32,000 nt of DNA, taken from NCBI RefSeq assembly GCF_000017845.1, contig NC_010546.1, positions 2,100,001 to 2,132,000 on the forward strand, read 5' to 3'. Position numbers and translations under genes: made by a program. Below, one piece after another: positions 16,846 through 25,271 of the stretch (its first letter is position 1; every line of letters starts with the position of its first letter). The stretch is from Crocosphaera subtropica ATCC 51142 (GTDB taxonomy: Bacteria > Cyanobacteriota > Cyanobacteriia > Cyanobacteriales > Microcystaceae). Under the pieces are notes generated by a model. The model was not told where the DNA came from, made no database searches, and saw nothing but the letters and a program-made list of their open reading frames with translations.

Positions 16846-18225
16846 TTATGATTGTTTTTGAGCCATTTTCGCCTTCCAATCTTCAATAATTCTTTGTCGC
16901 TGTCTGGCAATAACTAAAGCATGATCCGGAACATCGTTTGTCACAACCGATCCGGCAGCCACTGTTACCTCTTCTCCTAACGTTACCGGTGCAACAAAGA
17001 CACTATTCGCTCCTGTTTTAGTGCGATCGCCTATAATGGTCTGATGCTTCTGATAACCATCATAATTAGCAGTAATGGTTCCTGCACCTACATTCACCTG
17101 TTTGCCTAGAGTAGCATCTCCAAGATAGGATAAATGAGCAACATTGCTCTTAGTTCCCACCTGAGTCTTTTTAATCTCGACAAAGTTACCAATGCGACAA
17201 GATTGTTCAATTTTGGCCTCCCCTCGCAGATGGGTGTATGGACCAACCCGACAGTTATCAGCCACTTCTGAGTCCGTAATCACAGAATAGAGAACGGTTA
17301 CTTGTTCTCCAACGCTACTATTTTCAATGAGACTTCCTGGACCAATACGACTTTTTGACCCGATACAAGTCTTTCCTCGGAGATGGGTTTGAGGTTCGAG
17401 GATCACATCAGGTGCGAGAGTCACCGTATCATCAATGGTAATACTGTCAGGATCGATCATGGTCACCCCTGCATTCATCCAATGCTTTTTGATGCGATCT
17501 TGTAAAATATCATTAGCCTCAGACAGTTGATAGCGATCATTTATACCATTAATCTCATAATAATCTTCGACATCAACGGCCATCACAGGATTAAGATAGT
17601 CTACAACCTCGGTTAAATAATACTCTTGTTGGTCATTATTAGTAGAAAGCTTTGGTAACACTTGCGCTAACTTAGGCCAGTTAAAACAATAAATTCCCCC
17701 ATTCACCCGATGATTCTTTTTCTGGGCTGCATTACAGTCACGATCTTCGACAATTTGACTAACATAGTTGTTCCCATCGCAGAAAACTCGTCCGTAACCT
17801 TTGGGGTTGGGTAAATTAGCTGTTAATAGGGTGGCTGCGTTATGATTTTTTTGATGAATATGGAGTAATTTTTCTAGCGTTTCAGGGCGTAATAAAGGCG
17901 CATCACCATTTAAAACGAATAAATCACCATTAAACCCTTGTAAATGGGGTAATAACTGCTGTATGGCGTGTCCTGTGCCTAATTGTTCCTTTTGTTCTAC
18001 GAATTCTAGGGACGAGGTATCCTCAAAAGACTGTTTGACTTGTTCCCCTTCATAACCAATGATAATCAATTTTCGGGATGGGGCAATCAGATGACAACTA
18101 TCAAGTACCCGTTGTACTAGCGATCGTCCTCCTAAAGTGTGTAATACTTTAGGTAAGTTAGATTTCATCCGTGTTCCTTTACCTGCTGCAAGAATTGCTA
18201 CCGCTACCATGTTTCTATCCATCAA
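16846..18225 (-). CDS. glmU: Bifunctional UDP-N-acetylglucosamine diphosphorylase / glucosamine-1-phosphate N-acetyltransferase
   Basis: [21 protein letters not shown], a C-terminal hexapeptide beta-helix, and [14 protein letters not shown]. The true start may be the internal Met (MVAVAIL) at about 18210. Confidence 0.95.
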   Translation of the reverse strand: MMDRNMVAVAILAAGKGTRMKSNLPKVLHTLGGRSLVQRVLDSCHLIAPSRKLIIIGYEGEQVKQSFEDTSSLEFVEQKEQLGTGHAIQQLLPHLQGFNGDLFVLNGDAPLLRPETLEKLLHIHQKNHNAATLLTANLPNPKGYGRVFCDGNNYVSQIVEDRDCNAAQKKNHRVNGGIYCFNWPKLAQVLPKLSTNNDQQEYYLTEVVDYLNPVMAVDVEDYYEINGINDRYQLSEANDILQDRIKKHWMNAGVTMIDPDSITIDDTVTLAPDVILEPQTHLRGKTCIGSKSRIGPGSLIENSSVGEQVTVLYSVITDSEVADNCRVGPYTHLRGEAKIEQSCRIGNFVEIKKTQVGTKSNVAHLSYLGDATLGKQVNVGAGTITANYDGYQKHQTIIGDRTKTGANSVFVAPVTLGEEVTVAAGSVVTNDVPDHALVIARQRQRIIEDWKAKMAQKQS

Positions 18226-18286
18226 CAGTCCCGAAAGGAGTATATCGTGTCCTGTGTTTTTTGGATAGGGGTTTAGTAATTTAGAA

Positions 18287-18619
18287 TTGAGAATGGATAA
18301 TATTTTTCAATTACCTAATCAATTAAATGACCAAGAGATTTTTGAAACGATTCTTAACAGTAAAAATGTTAAAATTGAGCGTATTATTTCCACAGGACAA
18401 ACCACCCCCGAAGGCACTTGGTATGATCAAGACCAAGATGAATGGGTGATTTTACTGCAAGGAGAAGCGACGTTATTATATTCAGACAATTCCTCAATTT
18501 CTCTTACAACAGGGGATTATTTATTAATCAAAGCCCATGAAAAACATCGGGTTACATTTACCAGTAGTGATCCTCCTTGTATTTGGTTAGCGATTCATGG
18601 AAATTTAGTGAATAACTAG
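18287..18619 (+). CDS. Small cupin-domain protein
   Basis: The ~105-aa beta-barrel pattern ([13 protein letters not shown] ... [14 protein letters not shown]) fits the cupin_2 type. The likely real start is the ATG at 18293, since the track start is TTG. Confidence 0.7.
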   Translation: MRMDNIFQLPNQLNDQEIFETILNSKNVKIERIISTGQTTPEGTWYDQDQDEWVILLQGEATLLYSDNSSISLTTGDYLLIKAHEKHRVTFTSSDPPCIWLAIHGNLVNN

Positions 18620-19389
18620 ACAATTTTACCAGGATTTAACCACCGTAGAATTTCATTTTTGAGTAAATATAAATCACGGGAAAGAGCTTGTTTAACCCAT
18701 TGTCCAACGGCATCCAGAGGAGTAAACACTTCACCCATTTGCCATTTAATTTCTTGGGATAATGGTGTTAAATGATTCCCCGATAAAGTTTGTAATGCAA
18801 TTAAAGTAGGATATTTCACCTCTAAGATGGGACTTAAAACCGTCGTCTCATCGATATTATCTTGGGTAAATTTGATGAGTAAATTACGTCTAATTTGGTA
18901 ATCTTTTTCAATAATAATTTTAGTTTCATCAGGGGAAGGCGTGAACTCTAAACTTAAGTATTTTTCAACATCAATTTGTTCTAAAAAAGGAATCGCTTTT
19001 TTAACAGGATAATTATTAAAAGAAATGAGAATATTGCCTGCTCTTTCCACCGAAAAAAGACTACCAATTAATAAATGAAGTTTACAACCCATACTATGAC
19101 CAATGCCATAAATCGGCAAATAACCTTGTCCGAGAGACGTATTTGCTTGTAGTCGCTCTAAAATACTCTCAAAACGGTTAAGAACACTGCGAGCGATCGC
19201 TAAATGATCAAACGTATTGACAAAAGGGGTGGCAATGATAGCATACCCTTCCTTGGCCAGTTCTTCAAGGAGCCAACGATAAGTCACATTAGGTGCGGTT
19301 CCTACAAAAGCACCGCCTAAAAAATGAATAATTGCGATGGGATATCTAGGAACTAAAACAGAACTTCCTGAGATTTCTTGCCATTCCAT
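18616..19389 (-). CDS. DUF1350-family alpha/beta-hydrolase-like protein
   Basis: IHFLGGAFVGTAP, GYAIIATPF and a nucleophile-elbow-like GHSMGC. As far as I recall, the family is restricted to cyanobacteria and plastids. Confidence 0.7.
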   Translation of the reverse strand: MEWQEISGSSVLVPRYPIAIIHFLGGAFVGTAPNVTYRWLLEELAKEGYAIIATPFVNTFDHLAIARSVLNRFESILERLQANTSLGQGYLPIYGIGHSMGCKLHLLIGSLFSVERAGNILISFNNYPVKKAIPFLEQIDVEKYLSLEFTPSPDETKIIIEKDYQIRRNLLIKFTQDNIDETTVLSPILEVKYPTLIALQTLSGNHLTPLSQEIKWQMGEVFTPLDAVGQWVKQALSRDLYLLKNEILRWLNPGKIV

Positions 19390-19420
19390 AATAAGCTGTT
19401 AACCATACTGAAAGCGTTTT

Positions 19421-19608
19421 ACTGATATCTTGCACCAGTACAAGAAAACTTAATAAACAAGAACAGAAAATCAATTCTTAAGGAGTTACCGTCAAAATAA
19501 ACTCTGTTCCCTGTCTCGAGTGTTTAATTTGCCGTACGACGACAAATTAAACACTCGCTGTTCCCTCCCTAAAGGAGCTTCCTTTGAGCGAAGGTGCAAG
19601 ATGTGAGT
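19421..19608. mobile_element. MITE-like structured intergenic element
   Basis: 16-nt terminal inverted repeats, ACTGATATCTTGCACC (19421-19436) and ACTCACATCTTGCACC (reverse complement of 19593-19608), match 14/16. They enclose a perfect 15-bp hairpin (19517-19531/19543-19557), which is itself flanked by the direct repeat CTGTTCCCT. Confidence 0.4.
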
Positions 19609-19620
19609 TTTATGCCTTAT

Positions 19621-21540
19621 TTAACGATTACTCTGAGAACCGTCAGTGTCAAGAATCGGCACAAATTCATTTTGCGGAGCTAATGAAGGGGGAATTTCTG
19701 GTTTTGTCGGTTGCAGAAGCTTATTCCAAACCGTGATTTGCGCTTGAGCAGAGCTATAAGCAGCACTATCCCCAGGAACCATCTTAGCTAATTTTACTGC
19801 TTCAGGTAATAGGGAACGATTGGCCAATTTTTGAGCCATAGACAGTAGTTGAAAACTCCAACGATCAAGGGCTTGTTTGGCTTCAGAACTCATATCCGTC
19901 GACGAGGGAATTTTACGAACCACCGCAATCGCAGAAATTAAGGCTTGAGGGGTTTGGGGTTGAGCCAGCAAATAAGCCTCTTGTAAATTGCGATCCGCAC
20001 GAATTTCCCGTTGCCATTGGTTAATATTGTTTTGCGCTTCGGAATAGAGTATCCGACCTGCACCAATTTGTTGAGCGGTGTTAATGGCTGCTTGATAGTC
20101 CTTTCCGGCTGCTAAGGCCATAGCCTGATTTAAAATCGGTTGATCCTCTTGACGTTGTATACTCCCGCGCCAATCATTAATCTCACTTTGAGCTTCATTC
20201 GATAAAGCCCGGCCTGGACCAATCATTTGGGCTTGGGCGATGGCTTGTCTTAAATCAGAGATATTGCCACTGGCTGCCATACTGCGGGCTTGATCCAAGA
20301 TCGGTTGATCTTCACGCAGTTGAATGGTATTCGTCCATTCATTAATTTCTTGTCTAGCTTCTTGGTAACGGGGGTTACGAGCAGGAACTTGTTCAGCGGC
20401 CGCAATGGCTGCATTCAAATCGTCAATACTACCCCCTGAGGCTAAATCACGAGCTTCTTGCAGATGGATAACATCTTCTATTTCTAATTGGAAACGACTG
20501 ATCAAATCTTGGGCTTCTTGGTAAAGGGGACGATTTTCGTCAATTTCTTCTAAGGCCAAAATAGCAATTTCTAGGTTTTCTACTGTCCCTGTTTGAGCAT
20601 CTAAACCAGCACTGGCCATGGTTCTCCAGTCGGCTATTTCTTCCGATAATGCTAGACTATCCGGCAATCGGTTAACCACATCGGACAAAGTGGACCAACG
20701 GCGATCATCAATGAGGCCATCGATATAGTCAGTAATTTTTTCTTTGGCATCTTCGATGAGGTTTTGGGCTTCTCGATAAGCGTAACTCTCAGGGGTGATT
20801 TTTTCAGCATCGGCGATCGCTGTTAACCAATTGTCAATTCCCCCTCGACGCAAAACAGCATAAGCATTATCCAAGCGACTGCTTTCTTCTTGAGCTAATT
20901 GGATTCTATTGACCGTATCATCGTATCTTGTCGTTGCCCAGTATTTATTGGGAATACTCAAGAGTTTAACCGCTTCTCTAAATGCTAGATTCCAGTTAGA
21001 CTCTCGTAATTCTTCTTCAACCTGAGCAAAAATTTCTTCCCCTTCTCTCCAAATATTGCGCCACTTTTCGATTCGTTCTTCTACCACCTCATACACTTGA
21101 ACATTATTAGGGACACGACGGGCTGTTTTGATGGCTTCTTCTAAGTTACCCTTTTGGAATTCTTCTTCAGCAATATCTAGGATGGCTACCGCCCAGTCTT
21201 CAACGTTACGGTTAATTTCGTGCCGTAGAGGATGATCATCGGGCAGTGCTTCAACTAATTTAATCGCTCGTAGGAAGCTATCGACAGTCCCTTGTTCTGC
21301 TTCTATTTGGGCGCAATAAATCCGCATCGACGCTGAAGCAACTGGCCAAAAAATTCGCACACATTGAGGGGATTTGGGCAATCTGAGCAACATCGATGTT
21401 GCCGTAAAACCGATAGTTCCAGAGACGATAATTAGTGCGATCGCCCAGAGTTGCCAAGGAATTTGACTGGTTCGCAGGGCAATACGCTCTAATAAAGCTT
21501 GATGATTCCCATGAGTCCCTTGATTTGTCGATTGTTCCAT
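19621..21540 (-). CDS. N-terminally membrane-anchored protein built from ~45-50-aa helical repeats; function unknown
   Basis: One TM helix (LWAIALIIVSGTIGFTATSMLL), then repeated units ending Y-x-EAQ-x-x-I-x-x-W: YQEARQEINEW, SNEAQSEINDW, YSEAQNNINQW, YSSAQAQITVW, YREAQNLIED, YQEAQDLISRF. Confidence 0.7.
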   Translation of the reverse strand: MEQSTNQGTHGNHQALLERIALRTSQIPWQLWAIALIIVSGTIGFTATSMLLRLPKSPQCVRIFWPVASASMRIYCAQIEAEQGTVDSFLRAIKLVEALPDDHPLRHEINRNVEDWAVAILDIAEEEFQKGNLEEAIKTARRVPNNVQVYEVVEERIEKWRNIWREGEEIFAQVEEELRESNWNLAFREAVKLLSIPNKYWATTRYDDTVNRIQLAQEESSRLDNAYAVLRRGGIDNWLTAIADAEKITPESYAYREAQNLIEDAKEKITDYIDGLIDDRRWSTLSDVVNRLPDSLALSEEIADWRTMASAGLDAQTGTVENLEIAILALEEIDENRPLYQEAQDLISRFQLEIEDVIHLQEARDLASGGSIDDLNAAIAAAEQVPARNPRYQEARQEINEWTNTIQLREDQPILDQARSMAASGNISDLRQAIAQAQMIGPGRALSNEAQSEINDWRGSIQRQEDQPILNQAMALAAGKDYQAAINTAQQIGAGRILYSEAQNNINQWQREIRADRNLQEAYLLAQPQTPQALISAIAVVRKIPSSTDMSSEAKQALDRWSFQLLSMAQKLANRSLLPEAVKLAKMVPGDSAAYSSAQAQITVWNKLLQPTKPEIPPSLAPQNEFVPILDTDGSQSNR

Positions 21541-21735
21541 AGTTTTAGAGACTTAAACAAGTCCCGATTCCTCCTCATCAACCCATTCTATTATGCCTTG
21601 TTTAAGTGGTTATGCCTAATTTTTTCTTGAAGAAGCCAGGCACGAAGGGGTTTAGTGATAATGTAACGCAAAGTTTTAGCTTTGTGATGGGCGATGATAA
21701 AATATAAACAGTTTCAGCCATGGAGAAATTCAGTT

Positions 21736-21954
21736 ATGAATACCGAAGAAAAAGCACGGGAATTGATGGCTCAACAACATCTTAACGATGAACAACGCCA
21801 TCAAACAATGGTCAATCGGGCTGCTGAAGTCGAAGAAATTCATCAACAAGAAGATGTTAATGAAAAAGCTAGGGAGTCCTTAGCCCAAGAACGTAAAAAC
21901 GAAGAAACTAGAGAAGAATCAATGTTAGAACGTTCTCTTGAAGAAATTAATTGA
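21736..21954 (+). CDS. Small highly charged helical protein of unknown function (72 aa from the SD-preceded ATG)
   Basis: GGAGA lies ~10 nt upstream of the ATG at 21736. There is an internal duplication, EKARELMAQQHLNDEQR / EKARESLAQERKNEETR. Coding status is uncertain. Confidence 0.4.
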   Translation: MNTEEKARELMAQQHLNDEQRHQTMVNRAAEVEEIHQQEDVNEKARESLAQERKNEETREESMLERSLEEIN

Positions 21955-22181
21955 GATTTCCTCAGTGTTATTCCTATACGGGGTTACTCCTGTGGGGATA
22001 GTTAAGGTTTCTATTGAGGCTGCTTTGGTCTATGTCAGTTCATTGAGTGATTAGTGATCGAATAAACTTGATACTTTGAGCCGATTTATTGTTTTGTCTA
22101 GAAACTAAGGTAAAAAAGAGATAGGGAATTGTTACCCCCTGTTGTCAAGTTATAAATTCTATAATTTCTCAATTGTTGATC

Positions 22182-22409
22182 ATGACGGATAAGATAAACA
22201 CCATATCCTGGATTACTATCAGAACAACAAAAGCACGTTGGGAGGCTGAATTAATGCAACAACTCTTAGCTGCTCATGGTATTCCCAGTCGTGTCCTTGA
22301 TATTGGCCTAGGTATCTACTGTGGTCAAGGTTCTCAAGCTGCTTTACAGGTGTGTTCCCCCGACCAATGGACAGCCCTTTTATTATTAAGTTCCCCCGAA
22401 GACGAGTAA
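22182..22409 (+). CDS. Small conserved-looking protein, DUF2007-like (beta-alpha-beta fold guess)
   Basis: The 75-aa ORF from the ATG at 22182 ends 32 nt upstream of accD. The pattern WITIRTT..WEAELMQQLLAAHGIPSRVLD resembles the DUF2007 family from memory. Confidence 0.45.
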   Translation: MTDKINTISWITIRTTKARWEAELMQQLLAAHGIPSRVLDIGLGIYCGQGSQAALQVCSPDQWTALLLLSSPEDE

Positions 22410-22441
22410 AATAAGATAATTATTAACTTGATATTCTATCT

Positions 22442-23395
22442 ATGTCTATATTTGATTGGTTTGCTAAACAAGAAAAGTCAGAACCCCCCATTCAACAACA
22501 ACAGAAAGAACGGGAAATTGCTGATGGTTTATGGACTAAATGTGTAGCTTGTACCGCATTAACTTACACAAAAGACCTTCAGGCCAATCAACTGGTTTGT
22601 ACCGAATGTGGTCATCATTTTCGGGTAGAAAGTTCCGAACGCATTGCCCAGTTAATGGATAAAAATACCTGGAAACCCCTCAATGATCATCTTACCCCCA
22701 CCGATCCTCTGAAATTCTGCGATCGCAAACCCTACAGCGATCGGATCAAGGACACTCAAGAAAAAACGGGGTTAGTTGATGCAGTGCAAACGGGAACCGG
22801 ATTAATTGATGGTCTTCCTTTGGCCCTCGGTGTGATGGACTTCCGCTTTATGGGGGGTAGTATGGGGTCTGTGGTGGGGGAAAAACTCTGCCGTCTTATT
22901 GAATACGCCACCCAAGAACGGTTGCCAGTGGTGATTGTCTGCGCTTCTGGTGGAGCAAGAATGCAAGAAGGAATGTTAAGTTTAATGCAGATGGCCAAAA
23001 TTTCGGGGGCCTTAGAACGTCATCGCAACGCCAAATTACTCTATATTCCTGTCTTAACCCATCCCACCACTGGAGGAGTTACCGCTAGTTTTGCCATGTT
23101 AGGGGATTTAATTATTGCTGAACCCAACGCTACCATTGGTTTTGCTGGACGACGGGTGATTGAACAAACCTTAAGGGAAAAGTTACCGGATGGCTTCCAA
23201 ACGTCAGAATATTTATTAAAACATGGCTTTGTGGACGCCATTGTTTCCCGTACTCAACTGAAAAAAACCCTTGCTCAATTAATCAGTATCCATCAGCCTT
23301 TTTTCCCTGTCTTACCCCCTCTTAACGTCCGTGAAAAGCATCATCATCATCACTCAGAAGAGGTTGTTCTGAAAATGGATGGAAAGGAAGAATAA
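22442..23395 (+). CDS. accD: Acetyl-CoA carboxylase carboxyltransferase beta subunit
   Basis: N-terminal FDWFAK, a zinc ribbon C-x2-C-x15-C-x2-C (CVAC...CTECGH), and [22 protein letters not shown]. The C-terminal tail carries HHHHH. Confidence 0.95.
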   Translation: MSIFDWFAKQEKSEPPIQQQQKEREIADGLWTKCVACTALTYTKDLQANQLVCTECGHHFRVESSERIAQLMDKNTWKPLNDHLTPTDPLKFCDRKPYSDRIKDTQEKTGLVDAVQTGTGLIDGLPLALGVMDFRFMGGSMGSVVGEKLCRLIEYATQERLPVVIVCASGGARMQEGMLSLMQMAKISGALERHRNAKLLYIPVLTHPTTGGVTASFAMLGDLIIAEPNATIGFAGRRVIEQTLREKLPDGFQTSEYLLKHGFVDAIVSRTQLKKTLAQLISIHQPFFPVLPPLNVREKHHHHHSEEVVLKMDGKEE

Positions 23396-23428
23396 ATATT
23401 CCCATATAACTAATGTTATCTAATAGTA

Positions 23429-23450
23429 GGGGTCAACCACCGTTGACCTT
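23429..23450 (+). terminator. Possible accD terminator hairpin
   Basis: GGTCAAC-cacc-GTTGACC (7 bp, extendable by G:U pairs), 35 nt after the accD stop, followed by TTATAATAAGTTTT. Confidence 0.35.
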
Positions 23451-23599
23451 ATAATAAGTTTTGATTTGAGCAAATGTAGCAATTATTAATATTGTTGGGT
23501 TTCGTTTTAATCCTACTTCTGACGTTGTTGTAACATCGATTCCGTAAAGACCGACAATCTTTACAAAAACGCTACTTAGTTAGTAAAACTCTAAATGAA

Positions 23600-23830
23600 G
23601 ATAAAGTTGTATTTAATTTGTCTTCAGTGTGTGACATCCTCCCCAACTAACTGCAAGCAGTATAGTTGGGGCTTCCCACCTCACGATGAGATATTTCTGC
23701 CCACAGAGGTAAACCCCTACGCCAGTTATCTAGGCTCATCACCCCCGACACCTCGACTTGACAGACAGTTTCCTTTTCCCTGAGTCCCAGGGTAGTAGAT
23801 TCTATTCCTCGATTGCAGACCTCCTGTGCG
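23600..23830 (-). ncRNA. Candidate omega-RNA (reRNA) scaffold overlapping the tnpB 3' end
   Basis: The position follows established TnpB biology. On the minus strand, CCCCAACTATACTGC-TT-GCAGTTAGTTGGGG forms a 14-bp stem with one bulge and spans the stop codon. Further local pairings include CCCTG/CAGGG and ACCTC/GAGGT. The boundaries are guessed. Confidence 0.3.
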
Positions 23831-25100
23831 CTTGCTACGTCCCGATCAACAAAATAGTCAACCCCGTAACCGCATTCATAACAGGCGTGAAACCTATCAG
23901 ATAAGGTCTTTTTGGCTTCTGCACGACAATTAGGACAAGTTTGGCTAGTTCCCCGATGATCAACCAAACCAAAATACTTGCCTCTAATCTTGCAAACGTA
24001 CTGTAGAATATCCCTAAATTGCCCAAAACCTGCATCAAGGGTATGTTTACCCAAAAAGCCCTTAGCCATTGTGCGGAAATCTATATCTTCCATAAAGATA
24101 GAGTCTCCCATATCACAGACTTTATGGGCTAATTTGAACTGGTAATCTTTTCGTTTGAAAGCAATATGATTGTGTTGCTTTTCTATTTTCTTTCTAGCTT
24201 TCTCGTAGTTCTTAGAACGTTTGGTTTTTCTTGCTAACCGACGTTGTAGCACTTTCAGCCTACGGTGTTCGGTTTTGAAGAATTTACGTCTTTTTTCTAC
24301 ATAATTATCCGAGGTTGCTAAGTAGCTAGAAAGTCCGACATCAAGGCCAAGAAAATGCCCAAATGGTGTTTCTATTTTAGGTAAACTTATGTCGGATTGA
24401 ATGCTAATTACGGCAAACCAACCCTTAGCTTTTTTGATAATTCTTACCTGTTTAATTATAAACCCATTGGGTATGGGACGATGAAGATTGATTTCAATTT
24501 TCCCCAATTTAGGTAACTTTATTTGCCACCCTGTCAACGGGTTACTTCTAAATTGAGGAAATAATAAAGACTTCATTTGTCCATATTTCTTGAACCGAGG
24601 AAAGCCAAACCCCCGATTACGAAAAAAGTCCCAAGCGTCGTGAAGTCTCCTAACATTTGTTTGTAAGACTTGACTTGGAACTTTAGCTAACTCAGGATAT
24701 ACTTTTTTAGCTTTTGGTAATTGGTTTTGTTGCTGATGATAACTTGGGAAAGGATAATCAGCAGACATGATGTACTCTGACTCCAAACTACATCTATCTA
24801 CTAGGCACTTACGACTAGAAATCCAATCCTTCAACTCACGCAAAGCATAGTTATATGAACGGCGACAAATTTCTAGCCATTCAGATAACATTGCTTCTTG
24901 TTTGCTATCAGGATAAATCCTGTATGTGTAGTTCAGTGTTAGAGTCATAGCCATAGTTTAGCACAAGGTTGCTAAAATGGTAACACAAATTATCTAAGCA
25001 AGGTTGTGCTTTGCACGTTAATATTTTGGTCAAAATTCATCCCCATCTAAAATGTGAGTATTTTGTTAGAATTTATAGATGGGGACTTCTTTTGACATTC
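23620..25100 (-). mobile_element. TnpB-only IS200/IS605-type element (approximate ends)
   Basis: The tnpB ORF is flanked by a 3' hairpin at 23641..23671 and by a subterminal palindrome TCCCCATCTA(25040-25049)/TAGATGGGGA(25076-25085) upstream of the start. Ends cannot be fixed without a second copy. Confidence 0.55.
23647..24954 (-). CDS. tnpB: TnpB (IS200/IS605-family OrfB; RuvC-type RNA-guided endonuclease family)
   Basis: N-terminal TLNYTYRIYPDSKQEAML..., RuvC-I LGLDVGL, RuvC-II IFMEDIDF, zinc ribbon CPNC-x14-CYEC, RuvC-III VDRDVASA. There is no transposase partner. Confidence 0.9.
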   Translation of the reverse strand: MAMTLTLNYTYRIYPDSKQEAMLSEWLEICRRSYNYALRELKDWISSRKCLVDRCSLESEYIMSADYPFPSYHQQQNQLPKAKKVYPELAKVPSQVLQTNVRRLHDAWDFFRNRGFGFPRFKKYGQMKSLLFPQFRSNPLTGWQIKLPKLGKIEINLHRPIPNGFIIKQVRIIKKAKGWFAVISIQSDISLPKIETPFGHFLGLDVGLSSYLATSDNYVEKRRKFFKTEHRRLKVLQRRLARKTKRSKNYEKARKKIEKQHNHIAFKRKDYQFKLAHKVCDMGDSIFMEDIDFRTMAKGFLGKHTLDAGFGQFRDILQYVCKIRGKYFGLVDHRGTSQTCPNCRAEAKKTLSDRFHACYECGYGVDYFVDRDVASAQEVCNRGIESTTLGLREKETVCQVEVSGVMSLDNWRRGLPLWAEISHREVGSPNYTACS

Positions 25101-25218
25101 CTGTTAAAATGTAGTGTAATCATTTTACTTTGACTAGAAAAATTTGATAGCATAGGAGAATCATTAATGTTTTCAACAATTTCTCAAATGACAAATCAAA
25201 GCATCATTATAGCCTCGT

Positions 25219-25248
25219 AGGTTGGGTCGATGGAAGGAAACCCAACCT
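25219..25248 (-). terminator. Hairpin 24 nt downstream of the MIF-like gene (possible terminator or dispersed hairpin repeat)
   Basis: AGGTTGGGT-12 nt-ACCCAACCT, a perfect 9-bp stem with no clean U-tract. Confidence 0.3.
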
Positions 25249-25271
25249 TAAAATTATAGAGGACAAACTAA

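Noticed and set aside
22756-23241. Two minus-strand ORFs (80 and 66 aa) inside accD
   Set aside because: They are antisense to a highly conserved housekeeping gene and have no features of their own. The same reasoning applies to 850..1053, 1820..2044, 2728..2910, 5158..5394, 7437..7637, 8811..9020 and 27926..28228.
23595-24038. ORFs 23595..23783 (+) and 23835..24038 (-)
   Set aside because: One is the opposite strand and the other an alternative frame of the tnpB 3' region, which has clear TnpB motifs in its own frame.
23494-25248. GTTGGGTTTCGTT (23494 +) and GGTTGGGTTTCCTT (minus strand, ending at 25248) as terminal inverted repeats defining a 1.75-kb TnpB transposon
   Set aside because: IS200/IS605 elements lack terminal inverted repeats and the match is only ~12 nt. 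The right copy is a self-contained hairpin 24 nt after the MIF-like stop, more simply a terminator or a common cyanobacterial hairpin repeat.
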